NCBI GenBank assembly: GCA_963664115.2 | Contig: CAXWPJ010000002.1 | Span: forward strand, 672,001 to 736,000 | Length of the DNA stretch: 64,000 nucleotides | From: Terriglobia bacterium | Lineage (GTDB): Bacteria; Acidobacteriota; Terriglobia; 20CM-2-55-15 | Direction: 5' to 3' | Notes under the pieces: generated by a model | The model's database searches: none | The model's input: only the letters and a program-made list of their open reading frames with translations | What the model was told of the DNA's origin: nothing | Shown: piece by piece, positions 1-12,000 of the stretch | Numbering within the stretch: position 1 is the stretch's first letter | Layout of the letters: the number at the start of each line of letters is the position of its first letter | Position numbers and translations under genes: made by a program

Positions 1-3000
1 ACAGGCGCCTTCGAGGTCGAATTGAACCTTGGTTTCGGTGTGTCGGGGGGTGTCAGCCCGATCGATTTCGATGCCAGTTTCAACGAAGTCCACACGCTGT
101 TCGATGCCATCGATGGTGGTTTTAGTGGCGGTGACGGAACTATCCAGGCATCTGAACTCAACGCTGCCCTCGCTGGAAGCTATACCGGTCCCGCTGTGAC
201 CACGGTGGACCAACTCCTGGCGGCCATGATCACCGGTCCGGCGCCCCCGCTAAACGGAATTCCTATTGCTGACGTGCAGAACGCTCTCTCCACGTCCTTC
301 AAGACTGCCAATCCGACAGCAATCGAGACGGCCGACGCGGACGGCGACGGCAAGATCGATTTGGGATTCGAAGTCAACACCGGTAATCCCGCTTCTCCTG
401 TCGTTATTGACTTCGACGATTTCCTGATCAGCATCCGACTCGGCGGCGAAATCGAATTGCAGGACGTCTTCCGCCTATTTGGCGTTTTCATCTTCGAAGC
501 GGATCCTTCCAATTTGAAGGCTTTTGTCGCTGCCGGCCTTGAATTCGGCCCCGATGTCGATGCCGCTGAAAGCAGTAAGCTCTTCACCATGAACGCCCTG
601 GGCGCCCTGGTGATCAACGGCGCCGGTATCGCGGCCGACATCGACGTCTCGGTCTCCGTCGGTGGCGCGATGAGGAGTGTTCTGAGCCTGAACGCGAGTG
701 CACGGCTGGTATTCAACACCACAAGTGCAGATCAGACGATCACCATACCGGCGCGATTTGTCGATTTCCTGACAGGGTCTACTGATTTGAGCGCGCTCCC
801 CGTCTCAACACTCGTCGATGGCAGTGACCCAGACTCACCGTTAAGAAGCCTGACCGGAACCCCCGGAACCCCCCTGGATTCTCGGTTTACAGAAAACGCC
901 GATGGTTCCGCGACTTTCACGATTCCAGGCGGAGCACCCCGGCTGGGTGGCCTTCCTAACGATCCGGCCGGAGAGTATTTCCTCGTTTCCATCAGCGGGA
1001 ATTTGACGATCGCCCAGACCTTCGTCATCAGTGGCGCCTTCCATCTCAAGGTCAGCCCAACAGGGTTAGAGCTTGGGTTCAACGGGTCGCTGGATCTTGG
1101 TGGCTTCGCTTCGGTCAGTGTGGCAGGCGCCGCCGTAATCGAGAACGGTGTTTTCGCGGCGCACGTCAGTCTGAACCTGAATCTCAACGTCGCGGGCGGC
1201 CTCAATATCAGCGGCGGAGCTATACTCGAAATAAATTCCAGTAATGCCTCCAAGACGGTCTTTGAGGCGGACGGGATTACCAGTCATACGATCCTTGCAA
1301 ATACCTTCAAAGTAACAGTCACTGCCACGTTGAATTTGTTCAATGTGTTGACCGCGAACGGGACGGTCACGCTGGGCATAGTGAACGGTAACTTCCTGAT
1401 CGACGTGAACGCCAGCATGAACTTCTTCGGCCTGGCGACCTTAAACGTCACCGGGAATTTGAACACCAACGGCACCTTCCGCTTATCAGGTACTCTCAAT
1501 CTCGATTTAACCGTCGTGGGATTTGGGATTGATGGCAGCATTGGCGTAACACTCACTGAATCAAGCCTCTCTGGGCACGGTTCAGTCGGGCTCGTCATCG
1601 CCGGCCAATCTATCCCCATCGCTTCAGCCAGCTTCAGCCTCAATTGGGTCAGCGGTACTTTTGTTATCAGGGCTGAAGGACCACTCAGTGTATTCGTTGA
1701 AGTCACCGTCACCACCAATCCCTTCAGTTTTTCTGTTACCGGAGGCTTAGGTGTCTTAGATGCCGTGTTTGAAGCGCTGGGCGCTGCCGCAGAAGCCGTC
1801 GGTGAGGCCGTCGTTGCAGCAGCTCAAGCAGTGGTGGGTGCTATTGAAGACCTGGGAGAGGCGATTCTCGACGTTGCGGGAGATATCGTCGATTTCGTTG
1901 GAGGATTTATCTCTGATATCGGTGACGTATTCTCAAGCGTTGCCAATACAATCGCCGGCTGGTTCAGCAGTCGTAAGACCGAGGTCCATCAAGTCTCGGT
2001 CGGTCCAAGATATACATATGGCACAAGCCTGTCAGGCGGAACCTTAACAGTCACCAACAACAGTTCTTCCCAACTCAATCTGGCCATTGTTGGTGGTGAC
2101 CTGATTGTCGATGCGCCAGATTTTACTGAAAGCGTTACCGTCGCTTTCAGAGTCGATTACCACAGAACTTTTGATTCGTCTGGATGGCCTCATACATGGG
2201 GCTGGAACTCCTGGAATGAAGTAGGCCGCACGAACATTAATCGAAACATCACCTTCTCGAATACGAAGAGTTTTGCTGGTGTAACGAAAATTGTCATCAT
2301 CGGAACGAATGGCCCCGAAACAATCGTTCTGGATCCGGCCAGCATCACCATCAATGCAGACGTCTATGGCAATGGTGGTAATGACACTATCGTGACCGGG
2401 CAAGGGCACGACAACGTCTGGGGCGGCGATGGTGGGGACATCATTTTCACTAATGGAGGAAACGACAAATTATTTGGTCAGAATGGCGATGACTTTTTAT
2501 TTGGCGGACTCGGAAACGATGAGCTCTATGGTGGCTCAGGAAAGGATCTGCTAAATGAGAACAAGATAACTCAGACCCTGGCGAGAAGTAATCCGCTAAA
2601 CGAAATTTCAGAAACGAATATCTTAAACGGCGGTTCTCACGACGACATGATCGTAGGGTCGCCGGGAAGAGACACAATAGAGGGTGGAAGTGGGGATGAT
2701 CTACTATTAGGCCTTGCCCATGACGATATCTATGTGTTCAAAAATGGTTATGGAACGGATCAATTTGCAGATGTCGACGGCGCACAATCCAGCGGCGAAG
2801 AGATCCTGGATTTCAGTGGCGTAACAAATGCATTAGACATATCGATGTCTATATCTGGATTTACCGCCAGTGCCGGCACAGGAAACTTACTATCGATTGG
2901 TAATGTCACTTCACCAAATGTTCCGAACTTAGTTGCTGGTTTCGTTTGGATTGATCAAATAAAGCTTGGCTCAGGAAGTGACACGTTTGCGATAACAGCA

Positions 3001-6000
3001 TTACCGTCCAACCATCGCATCGACATTATCGATGTCGGTGGCAACGATACGTACGACTTTGATTTGGATGAAGCCGATGCCGCCCAGAGCGTCGCCGGGG
3101 TGAATATCGACGATGGCGCAGGCGGTGCTGACCAGATCGATCTGGATTTGTTTTCAACAGGCTTTGATATTTACCTGCATCCTCAAGCTGTTCTACTGAA
3201 TAATCTCAACGTAACGTTTACGGGTGTTGAAACGCTCAACCTTACCGATCATGCCGTAGCGACAACAATCACTACCCAGCCAGGTAGCGGACCAACAGAA
3301 CTTCAGGTCAAGTCCGGGGTAACGATTAAGTCGCACACCGGCGGCAATATTGAGTTGCTCGCCAGGGGTGACTTCACCCTCCAGGCCGGCGGGCTCATCC
3401 AGACAACAGGAAACGTCACCATCCGCGGCGATCACACCAACGTCGTTTCGACCACGATTGATCTGCTCGGCACGATCAACGCGGATAACGTAGCGGTGTT
3501 CGGCAACACTCACAACGACACCGTGAACGTCACGAACGTGACCTCCGGCTCAGAAACGACGATTTCGACCAATGCCGGTGACGATACGATTAACATCCAG
3601 ACCATTGACGCCGATACGACCGTTCATGCCGGTACGGGTAACGATACGGTTAATGTCGGGACGCTTGCCCCAGCAACAAACGGAACCGCGAATGGCATCC
3701 GGGCGCTTCTGACCGTCAATGGCGACGGTAACTCAGGCACCGGTGACACGCTCAACGTCGATGATAGGGGAGACGGCGCGAATACCGGCATTTTGACCTT
3801 GGACGATATCGCCGGGCTGTTCGGTTTCGGCGGCAGTATCGACTACGGCACCCTGGAGACCTTAAACATCCACCTGGGAAACGCTGCCGACACCTTCACG
3901 ATCCAGAGCACGCACTCCCAAGCCACGAATCTCAACACGCGGGGCGGGGTTGACACGATCAACGTTCGGAACATTGCCGGCGTGACGACCGTCAACGGCG
4001 GGGACGGCGTCGATACGATCATTGTGGGCACAACGGCACCGACGGCTGGCGGCACCGCCAATGGCATCGCGGCGCACCTGAAGATCAACGGAAACGGGCA
4101 TACGGGTGCCGGTGACACGCTCAACGTTGATGATTTCGGAGACGGCGCGGGCGATACCGGCGGCATGACCGCGACCAGGATCACCGGGATCTTCGGCGCC
4201 GGCGGCAGTATTACCTACACCACCCTGGAGACATTGAAGATCGATCTGGGGACCGCAGGCGATACCTTCACAATCGACGGTACGCATGGTGGACCCACGA
4301 CAGTCAACGCCGGTACCGGAGAGGACACGATCAATATCAACGGATCGACCGGGACGTTGACGGTTAACGGCCAGGAAGACAACGATACCTTTAACGTCAG
4401 GGCAATCGGCGGCCCGGTAACGATCAATGCGGGTGGCGGCGACGATACGATCAACGTCGGCAGCAGCATTGGCGCCAACTTCCCGAACGTGAACGGCATC
4501 GCCGCGTTGCTGACCATCAACGGCCAGGGTGGCGGCGCTACCGGCGACACGCTCAACGTCGATGAGACCGGCGAGACTGTGGGCAACACGGGCGAGCTGA
4601 CCAATAACGAAGTTACCCTCCTGGGCATGGGCGGCAAGATCGTCTACGGCACGATCGAGACCCTGAATATCTCTCTCGGTTCGGGTGGCGATACGTTCAC
4701 GATCCAGAGTACGCACAGTGCCGACACGAACGTCAACGCAGGCTCCGGACAGGATCTGATTGTCATCAACGGAACTTCCGGAACGCTGGTCGTAAACGGC
4801 GAGAATGGTGACGACATTGTCACCGTTAATGCCACGGGCGCGAGCAGTACGACTACGCTGAACGGGCAGTCCGACAGAGACATATTCAATATCAAGGCGA
4901 TAAGCGGCCCCGTAACTATCAAGGGCGGCAATGACGACGACACCGTTAATGTCGGCAGCAACGCATCGGGTACGGTTACAAACAGAAACAACAACCAGAA
5001 CGGAACGGTCGACAACATCAAGGCGCTACTGAAGGTTGACGGCGATGCCCCCTCCGCAAGCGACATCTTGAACATCGACGATACCGGGGATGCTTCCGGC
5101 GACACGGGCCAGCTGACCTCGACACGCATCACCGGACTGTTTGGCGCCGGCGGCAGCATCACTTACGGGACCGTCGAGACGCTTAACATCGATCTGGGTA
5201 CCGGTGACGACAAGTTCAGGATACTGAGCACGCACGCGGGTCAGACCAACCTGAACACCGGCCCCGGCATCGACGAAATCAACGTCGGTTCGAATGCGCC
5301 GGCCGCCAACGGAGACGTCAACGCGATCGTCGGTCCGGTGGACATCGACGGTGATACCGAATTCGACACCCTGACCGTCGACGATACCGGTGACCCGAAT
5401 GCCAATACCGGCGTACTGACCCTGAACACTCTGACGGGTCTCGGCATGGGTTCGGGCATCACCTACGCCGGCCTTGAGGCCATCGAAATCAGCCTCGGAT
5501 CGGGCGGCAACACGTTCCGGATCGACTCGACGCACGAGGGCACGACCCTCCTCAATGCAGGGACGGTTGCCGACACGATCAACGTTCGGACGATCGACGG
5601 TGACACGACAATTAATGGCGAGACCGGTGGCGATACCATCAATGTAGGTTCGACGGCACCGGTTCACGGCGGCATTGTGGACGGTATCCGAGCTGTCTTG
5701 ACGCTCAACCTTGGCGAGGATGGTGACGGCAATGACTTTGACCAGGTAAATGTCGACGACTCGGATGACGAGAATGACAACGACGGCAGGCTCACCTTAA
5801 ATCGGATCACCGGCCTCGACATGGCCGATGGCGACTACATCGACTACTTCGATGCTGAGGATCTCAATATCGATCTGGGCAGAGGCCACGATACCTTCAC
5901 GATCGAGAGCACCCATACCGGAACGACGAAGCTCGACACCGGTCCCGGCAATGACACGATCTACGTCCAGACGATCGCGGGTGAGACAACGATTAACACC

Positions 6001-9000
6001 CAGTCTGGTGACGACACGATCAATGTCGGTGACACGGTCGACAATGTCGATGCTGGAGACGACTACAACACCACCGATCAGATATCCGCGCTCCTGAAGA
6101 TTGACGGCGGGACTCCTCCAGTCGGCAGCGACATTCTGAATATCTTCGATTCAGGCGATACGACCGACAACATCGGCTTCCTGACCGACGATGGGACCAC
6201 AACCTCGATTACGGGCCTCGACATGTCGAACGGCATCGAATACGTCGACATCGAGGAGCTGAACGTCTTCCTTGGATCGGGTGACGACATCTTCAACGTT
6301 TCCGGTACGGGCTCCGAGACGTGGATCTACGCCGGTTCGGGCGACGATGCGGTCAACATCAATCGGATCGAAGATGAAACGGTCGTGTTCGGCCAGACCG
6401 GTGATGATCGATTCCATGTTGCGGTGACAATCGACCAGGCAAGCGGCTTCCTTGTCGACGTCGATGTCAACGCCGAAGATCCGCTCATCGATCCCCGCAA
6501 TACGGGAACGGGTGCAAATGAAATTTCACCGGTCAACATCGCTCGCAACAGTCAGAACCTGATTCACGCCGAACTGACAATTGACGGCCGTGACGGTGGC
6601 GACCAGTACACGATTTGGCTTGCCAGTTCGGGCGCTGCGCTGATCAACGTCTTCGACACCGGCGCGGTCGGTGGAGATTTCCTGACCGTCTTCGGCTCGG
6701 ACGGCGATGATCTGTTCCTGATGCGTGCCGGTTTCGGCTCGAAGGACCTCAGTGCCCCGTACCAGCCGGACACACCTGCCCAGGTCACAGCGTCACGTGC
6801 GGACCTGGTCCCCGGCGACCTGGCTGCCTTTGGCACTGCGCGCGTGGGCCTGGTGGCACTGCTCAATAATGGCCGTCAGAGCACTGCAGCCGACGTCGAG
6901 CGGGTGAACTACAGCCGGAACATCGAGCTGAACTCGGGGATCAACGGCAACCTGATCGTTCAGGGTGTCGGCGGACGCGATGAATTCTACGTCGACGACA
7001 ACCTGGCGCCGACGCAGCTGTTCGGTGGCAGCACGGCCAACTACTTCCAGTTCGGGCAGCTCTACCATTCCCCGCGCGCCGACAACATCTTTGCCGGAAT
7101 TGCCGATATCGCCGACGAGTTCCAGACCGTCGAGACAACCCGCGGATTCCTGAGCAACGGCAACAGCTTCGACCTGACGGCCATCGGCGCCGTCAACGGA
7201 CCGAACGAATTCGTCGTCCTGAACAACCAGGCAACTTTGAACCTGCTTGGCGGCGACGACGACGACATGTTTACGATTCGGTCTTTCGCGCAGGTGGGCT
7301 CGGTGGATTCCTCCCGTCGCGGGGTGGATATCTCGACCGGTGGCGGAACGAACCAGATTGAGTATGTCGTCGGCGCCCCGATCAACATTGACGGCGGCGG
7401 CGGATTCAACACGCTCAAGGTCATCGGCACCGAGTTCGGAGACGATTACGTCGTTACCGAAAACGGCATTTTCGGTGCGGGCCGCACGGTCAACTTCGTC
7501 AACATCCAGCAGCTCGAGATCGATGCGGCCGAGGGCAACGACCGGTTCTTCATCGTCAGTACTTCTCCCGAGACGTCGGTCATCCTGTCGGGCGGTTTGG
7601 GATCGGACGTCTTCTTCGTCGGTGGTGATGCCCCCGACATCATCAGCCGTGACCTGCTGGGTCACAGCGGCATCATCAGCCACGGCGTCGGAAGCGACGA
7701 TGCATCATTCGACGGCACCAAGGTCAATGAGATTTCTGCGAACGTTGGTGACGACGACGAGGCCGGAATCGTCATCACCCAGTCTGAAGGCGACACGGTT
7801 GTCGTAGACGGTGTTCGGAGTGACAGCTACACGGTTGTCCTGACGCGCCAGCCGTCTGCAGATGTGACCGTGACCGCTTCGGCACCGCGCGGACTCGTCC
7901 GCGATGCTAGTGGTCGTGTCGAACTGCGGCCGACGGCGCAGCTTTTCGATTTCGAGATCGGAACCTACGCCGACACCGTCGAGTTAGTCTTTACGCCCGG
8001 CAACTGGGATACGCCGCAAACGGTCTGGATCCAGGCGGCGACCGGTCAACCGCACACAGGCATCACCAACGGATTCATCAGTCACGATGTCGCCGGAGAC
8101 CGCGTGCCGGGTACCACGACCCAGGCCCTGCGTGTGGTCGGTCAGGATCCGAATCGGCTCGTGGACACGAGTGCCAACTTCGGAGGAAACGACAGCCTGC
8201 GTGGCGCGACCGTCGTCATCACCGAAGGTCCTGGAAAGGGTCTGACGCGCAACGTCATCGGAAATACTGACACCACCTTAATCCTCGACAAGCCCTGGTT
8301 CCTGGATGAAGTGTCCGCCGGTTCGGCCGGTTCGGCGGCAAACCAGAGCGACTACGAAGTTCGACTCTATGAAGGCCTTGCGATTCCCGTCGTATCGGTG
8401 AAGGTCTACTTCCCTGACGCCGGAGCCGCCATCATCGCGCCGGGCGGAATCCTGAGCGTGATCGAGCAGCCCGAAGGCGCGGGATACGCGTTTGGTGCCC
8501 GGACCCGATTCGAGGATAGCTATCAGGTAGTTCTGACCGAGCGTCCGGGTCCGGCCGAATCGGTCACGGTGACCATTGACACGGGTTCCAGCGGACTCCG
8601 GGCCAATCAGGCCAGCCTCACTTTCGACGAAAACAATTGGGATCAGCCGCAAACGGTTCGAGTCGCGATCGGATCCGATGACATCGTCGAGAAGACGGAA
8701 CTGCTTGAGATCGAACACTCGATCGCCGGCGAAGCGATGGAGTCGCTCTTCGTTCGTGTCACCGACGGCGATTCGTCGAACGTCGTGGTCACCGAGACCG
8801 CCGGGTCGACCAGCGTCATCGAAGATTCCCTGTCGCGCACCGACATCCCGCGCGCCGATGCCTACGAAATCGTTCTGAGCCGCAGACCGACGTCAAACGT
8901 GGAAATCGTCGTCCGCGCCGAAGGCACGCGGACCAGCAAGGGCCGGGTAGTCAAGTTCGGCGAGCAGGTCGAAGTGGCCACCAACGCCTCCGGTTTCTCA

Positions 9001-12000
9001 AACACGATCACGCTCGTCTTTACGCCCGACAACTGGGATCAGGCGCAGACAGTTCGGGTCAAGGCCCTTAATGACGGTGTGGTTGACGGTGGCGACACCA
9101 AGGTCTTCCCGAGACTGGCTGACGACACGAGCCGCATCCAGGGTCCGCTCCGGATCCAGGGCGGTGGTGGCCAGGGTTCACTGGTTGGTCTGCCGATTCC
9201 AGTCTTGTTGCCCGGCGAGACGAATGAGTTCCTGCCTTCCGGCGCAATCCAGGCCCCGGAGGCAGCCGGCAGTTCGAGCGTCGTCGTCAGCGCTGACGAC
9301 TTGAGCGTCTTCATGATCAAGTACGGTCTGACGTTCGGTCAGGAGGCCGGTGCCGGGACGTTCGACGCTGTGGTAGGAAAGACGCTGCGTATACTCGACG
9401 GCCGGAACGCAACGGAGTTCGACGACCGGTTTGGCCCGCAGCCGGACGAATCTCTTCCTGAAACGTTCAACCCGGCGAATCCGGTCCACCAGCGTCTGGT
9501 GCCGTTCCGCGAGATCTTAGGCGCAACGGATTTGTTGAACGGAACCGTCAGGCTGACGTTCAACCTGAGCTGGAACTTCGCCATGACCGCCGGCGATGAA
9601 TTTGCGCTGATCAATTCCTCTCCGGCGAACTTCTTCGCCGTGGAAGATGACCAGGTCGATCTGATGCTGGTCCTCGACTCCGACGCCCGGAGCGATGAAG
9701 AAGGCCGGCTGATCTTCCATACAGAAAACGACCCCAACGTGGATATTCCGATGGCGAACCGCGGTCAGCTCATCGGTCTTGGCATGCACGACGGCCGGAC
9801 ATTGGGTGAAGGCGCCGGTGCGAAACGGCTGCCGGCGGGCATCGTCTTCGACGAGATCGAGATGCTCGACATCACGCTGGGCGGCGGCAAGGACCACTTC
9901 GTCATCGATGGAACGCACAGCGGTGCGACACGCGTCAACGGCGGAGGCGGTAACGACGTGATCGAGGTGCTCGGAATCTCCGGAGTGACGACGGTAAACG
10001 GCGGTCCGGGTGACAACACGACGACGGTCGGGGATCCGACGACCGACGGACGAACGCTTTCACGCATCGCTGCGCTGCTCAGTGTCGGTGGTGACATTCC
10101 TTCGGCGATCGCCCGGACGACGGTCCGCGGCGAACCCGATGTCTTCGCGCCCGGCGGCGGCCTGATCGCAGCGGGTTCCACCAACGAGCAGGAGATCCTG
10201 ATCAACGCCGGAGGCGGGACGTTCACGATCCGCTTCAAGGGCGTTGTTACCGACCCGGATGCGCTTCCGCCGGCCGGTGTCGAAAGCGCACCGATCAACC
10301 ACGACGCCGACGCTGCGACGATCAAGCAGGCATTGATCGATGTGGGCGGCCTGACCGACGCCGACTTCGAGGTCGTCCGGTTCGGAGACCGCATCGTCAT
10401 CCGCTTCACCGAGACAGGCCAGTTCGCCAAGAAGCCGATGCATGTCCTCGGTACGGGTTCTGGAAACCTGCTCCAGGGCGGCACGAATACGCTGAACGTC
10501 ATCGGCACGGCCGATGCGCTGAACACCTGGGCGGTTCTGACCGAGTCGACGCTGACCGGAATGGGCACGACGGTCCACAACTCGATCCAGACCGTCTTTG
10601 TCGACGACCCGCAGCAGAGGCAGGGCGAAGATGATCTCCGGAAATTCAAGCTGATCTATGACAGTGTTGAAACATCGGAGCTCGACTACTCGTCAACGGC
10701 TGCCGAGATGGAAGCGGCGCTTGAACTGCTGCCGTCGATCGGGGACGGGAACGTCAGCGTTTCCAAGGTCGACAACGTCTTCATCATTCGTTTCCAGGGC
10801 GACCTGACGAATCGGAACCTGGAACTTTCAGCAATTACGACGCGGGCTGAGGACACGCACGTCTTCGTAGGAGTCCGCGAACCCGGAATCGATAAGCTTG
10901 ACCCGACGATCTTCCCGCCGAGCGCCGAGACGCAGGCGAGAAACGATGTCCAGACCGTTCGGATCGACGCGACCGGCGGTACGTTCCGCCTCGAGGTCGC
11001 CGGCGCCTGGACGGGTGACGTAGCCTACAACGCAACGGCCGATGAAGTCCGGGATGCGCTCCAGCGCCTCGTAGGCAGCCAGTTTGCCGACGATGTCTCC
11101 GTCGTCCGGTTTGCCACGACCTACCAGGTGATGTTCCAGGGCCTGTTGCGACAGGTGATGGGCGGCGTCGGAACCGGCCTGATGAAGGTCGATACGTCCA
11201 ACCTGACCGGGACGGCCGTGATCACGACCCGGATGGACGGCATCAACTACTACTACATCGATGAGCTGAATATCGAATTCGGTTCGGGCAGCGATGTCCT
11301 GAACGTCCAGAGCACGTCGGCTGAAGAAACCAACATCGCGCTCCATGACGGCAACGACCGGATCTTTATTTCGTCCGATGCCGACCTGGATCGAAACACG
11401 CTGGCACCGGACGGCGCAGCGTACGCCTTCGACTTCCTGACCGGAAATGTTGATGGCATCGTCGGCGACCTGAACATCGATGCGGGTGACGGCCGGCACA
11501 TCATGATGATCAGCGATGAGTCGACCGAGCTCACGAAGGGTACCGAAGACGATCCGGTTACCATCCAGCGCACAGCGGCGCGGCCCGATGTCGAGATCGA
11601 GATCCTGGGCCTGAACTTCGTCGGCGGGGCGATTCGCTACGGCGCGGCCCCGGCCGGGAACTTCTTCGACGGCATCACACTGTGGGGCGGCCAGAACGGA
11701 AACGAATTCGATATCGATGCCACGCATCGGCGTGATGATGCGACGTGGCGGACGCAGACGACGCTCAACACTGGCGATGGCGCAGATACGGTCAGTGTAT
11801 CGCTGACAGCCGCAGCCGACGGATTCTTCGTTCTGAACACACAGGGAGACGGCGACGACATCGACGCCAGGACCTCGACGCTGCCGATGGTCATCTTCGG
11901 CGGTGAAGACAGCGACACGATATTCGGCGGCCAGGGTGGTGACATCATTTTCGGTGACTTGGGCAGGGTCGTTTACCGTGACGAGATCGGTGACGTATCC

